From the NCBI GenBank assembly GCA_964016885.1, contig OZ024741.1:4588001-4652000 (forward strand): a stretch of DNA of 64,000 nt, given 5' to 3'. Origin of the DNA: Eledone cirrhosa (Eukaryota). Of this stretch, positions 63,801 to 64,000 are shown piece after piece. A program made the translations under genes and the position numbers. Position 1 is the stretch's first letter. Every line of letters begins with the position of its first letter. The notes under the pieces are model-generated. The model was not told the DNA's origin and ran no database searches. It saw only the letters and a list, made by a program, of their open reading frames with translations.

Positions 63801-64000
63801 ATCTAAGACACCATACTACCAATCAAAGACACTATACTACCAATCTAAGACACTATACTACCAATCTAGGACACTATACTACCAATCTAAGACACGATAC
63901 TACCAATCTAAGACACCATACTACCAATCTAAGACACTATACTACCAATCTAGGACACTATACTACCAATCTAAGACACGATACTACCAATCTAAGACAC

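Larger units (their letters stand above)
1..64000 (+). repeat. 21-bp tandem satellite/minisatellite array, consensus TACTACCAATCTAAGACAC(T/C/G)A, about 3,050 monomers, open at both window ends
   Basis: 21-bp periodicity is visible throughout in the same orientation. Most units differ from consensus by 0-2 substitutions, with rare length variants (18, 19, 20, 22, 25 and 27 bp). No non-repeat sequence was seen. Confidence 0.99.

Noticed and set aside
1-64000. CRISPR array
   Set aside because: The repeats are directly adjacent with no unique spacers, leader or cas genes.
1-64000. RNA polymerase II CTD-like heptad (YSPTSPS) or other known heptad-repeat protein
   Set aside because: Only the 7-codon period is shared. 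The sequence does not match, there is no third-position synonymous degeneracy pattern, and frameshifting units recur.
1-64000. Plasmodium falciparum rep20 (21-bp subtelomeric repeat)
   Set aside because: The unit length matches and, from memory, a TAAGAC word is shared, but the rest of the unit and its C-rich composition do not fit what I recall. It cannot be asserted without an alignment.
1-64000. Plasmid iterons or a rolling-circle/sequencing concatemer artefact
   Set aside because: Iteron arrays have few copies next to a rep gene. An artefact would not produce hierarchically inherited variant strings recurring at kb-scale offsets.
1-64000. G-quadruplex or i-motif forming array
   Set aside because: The G-rich strand has only one or two GG dinucleotides per 21 bp and almost no GGG tracts.

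Overview
The whole 64-kb window is one uninterrupted, single-orientation tandem array of a 21-bp monomer, consensus TACTACCAATCTAAGACAC(T/C/G)A. That is about 3,050 copies (64000/21), roughly 33-38% GC, with only about one G per unit on the + strand. I found no unique sequence, genes, RNA genes, transposons or CRISPR spacers. All ORF-track entries are translations of the repeat: YYQSKT(L/P/R) on + and (W/S)CLRLVV on -. The information lies in the pattern of monomer variants: nested tandem duplications of 46-189 monomers, dispersed copies of variant blocks up to about 32 kb apart, recurrent multi-unit variant cassettes, a change in variant repertoire at about 47-48 kb, one local fold-back micro-inversion, and a possible CpG-decay signature. 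It looks most like a eukaryotic satellite or long minisatellite (pericentromeric, centromeric or subtelomeric). I cannot identify the organism or family, and I found no sequence evidence of a protein-coding or otherwise novel genetic system. Offsets were measured by eye from rare marker variants, and block boundaries are approximate.
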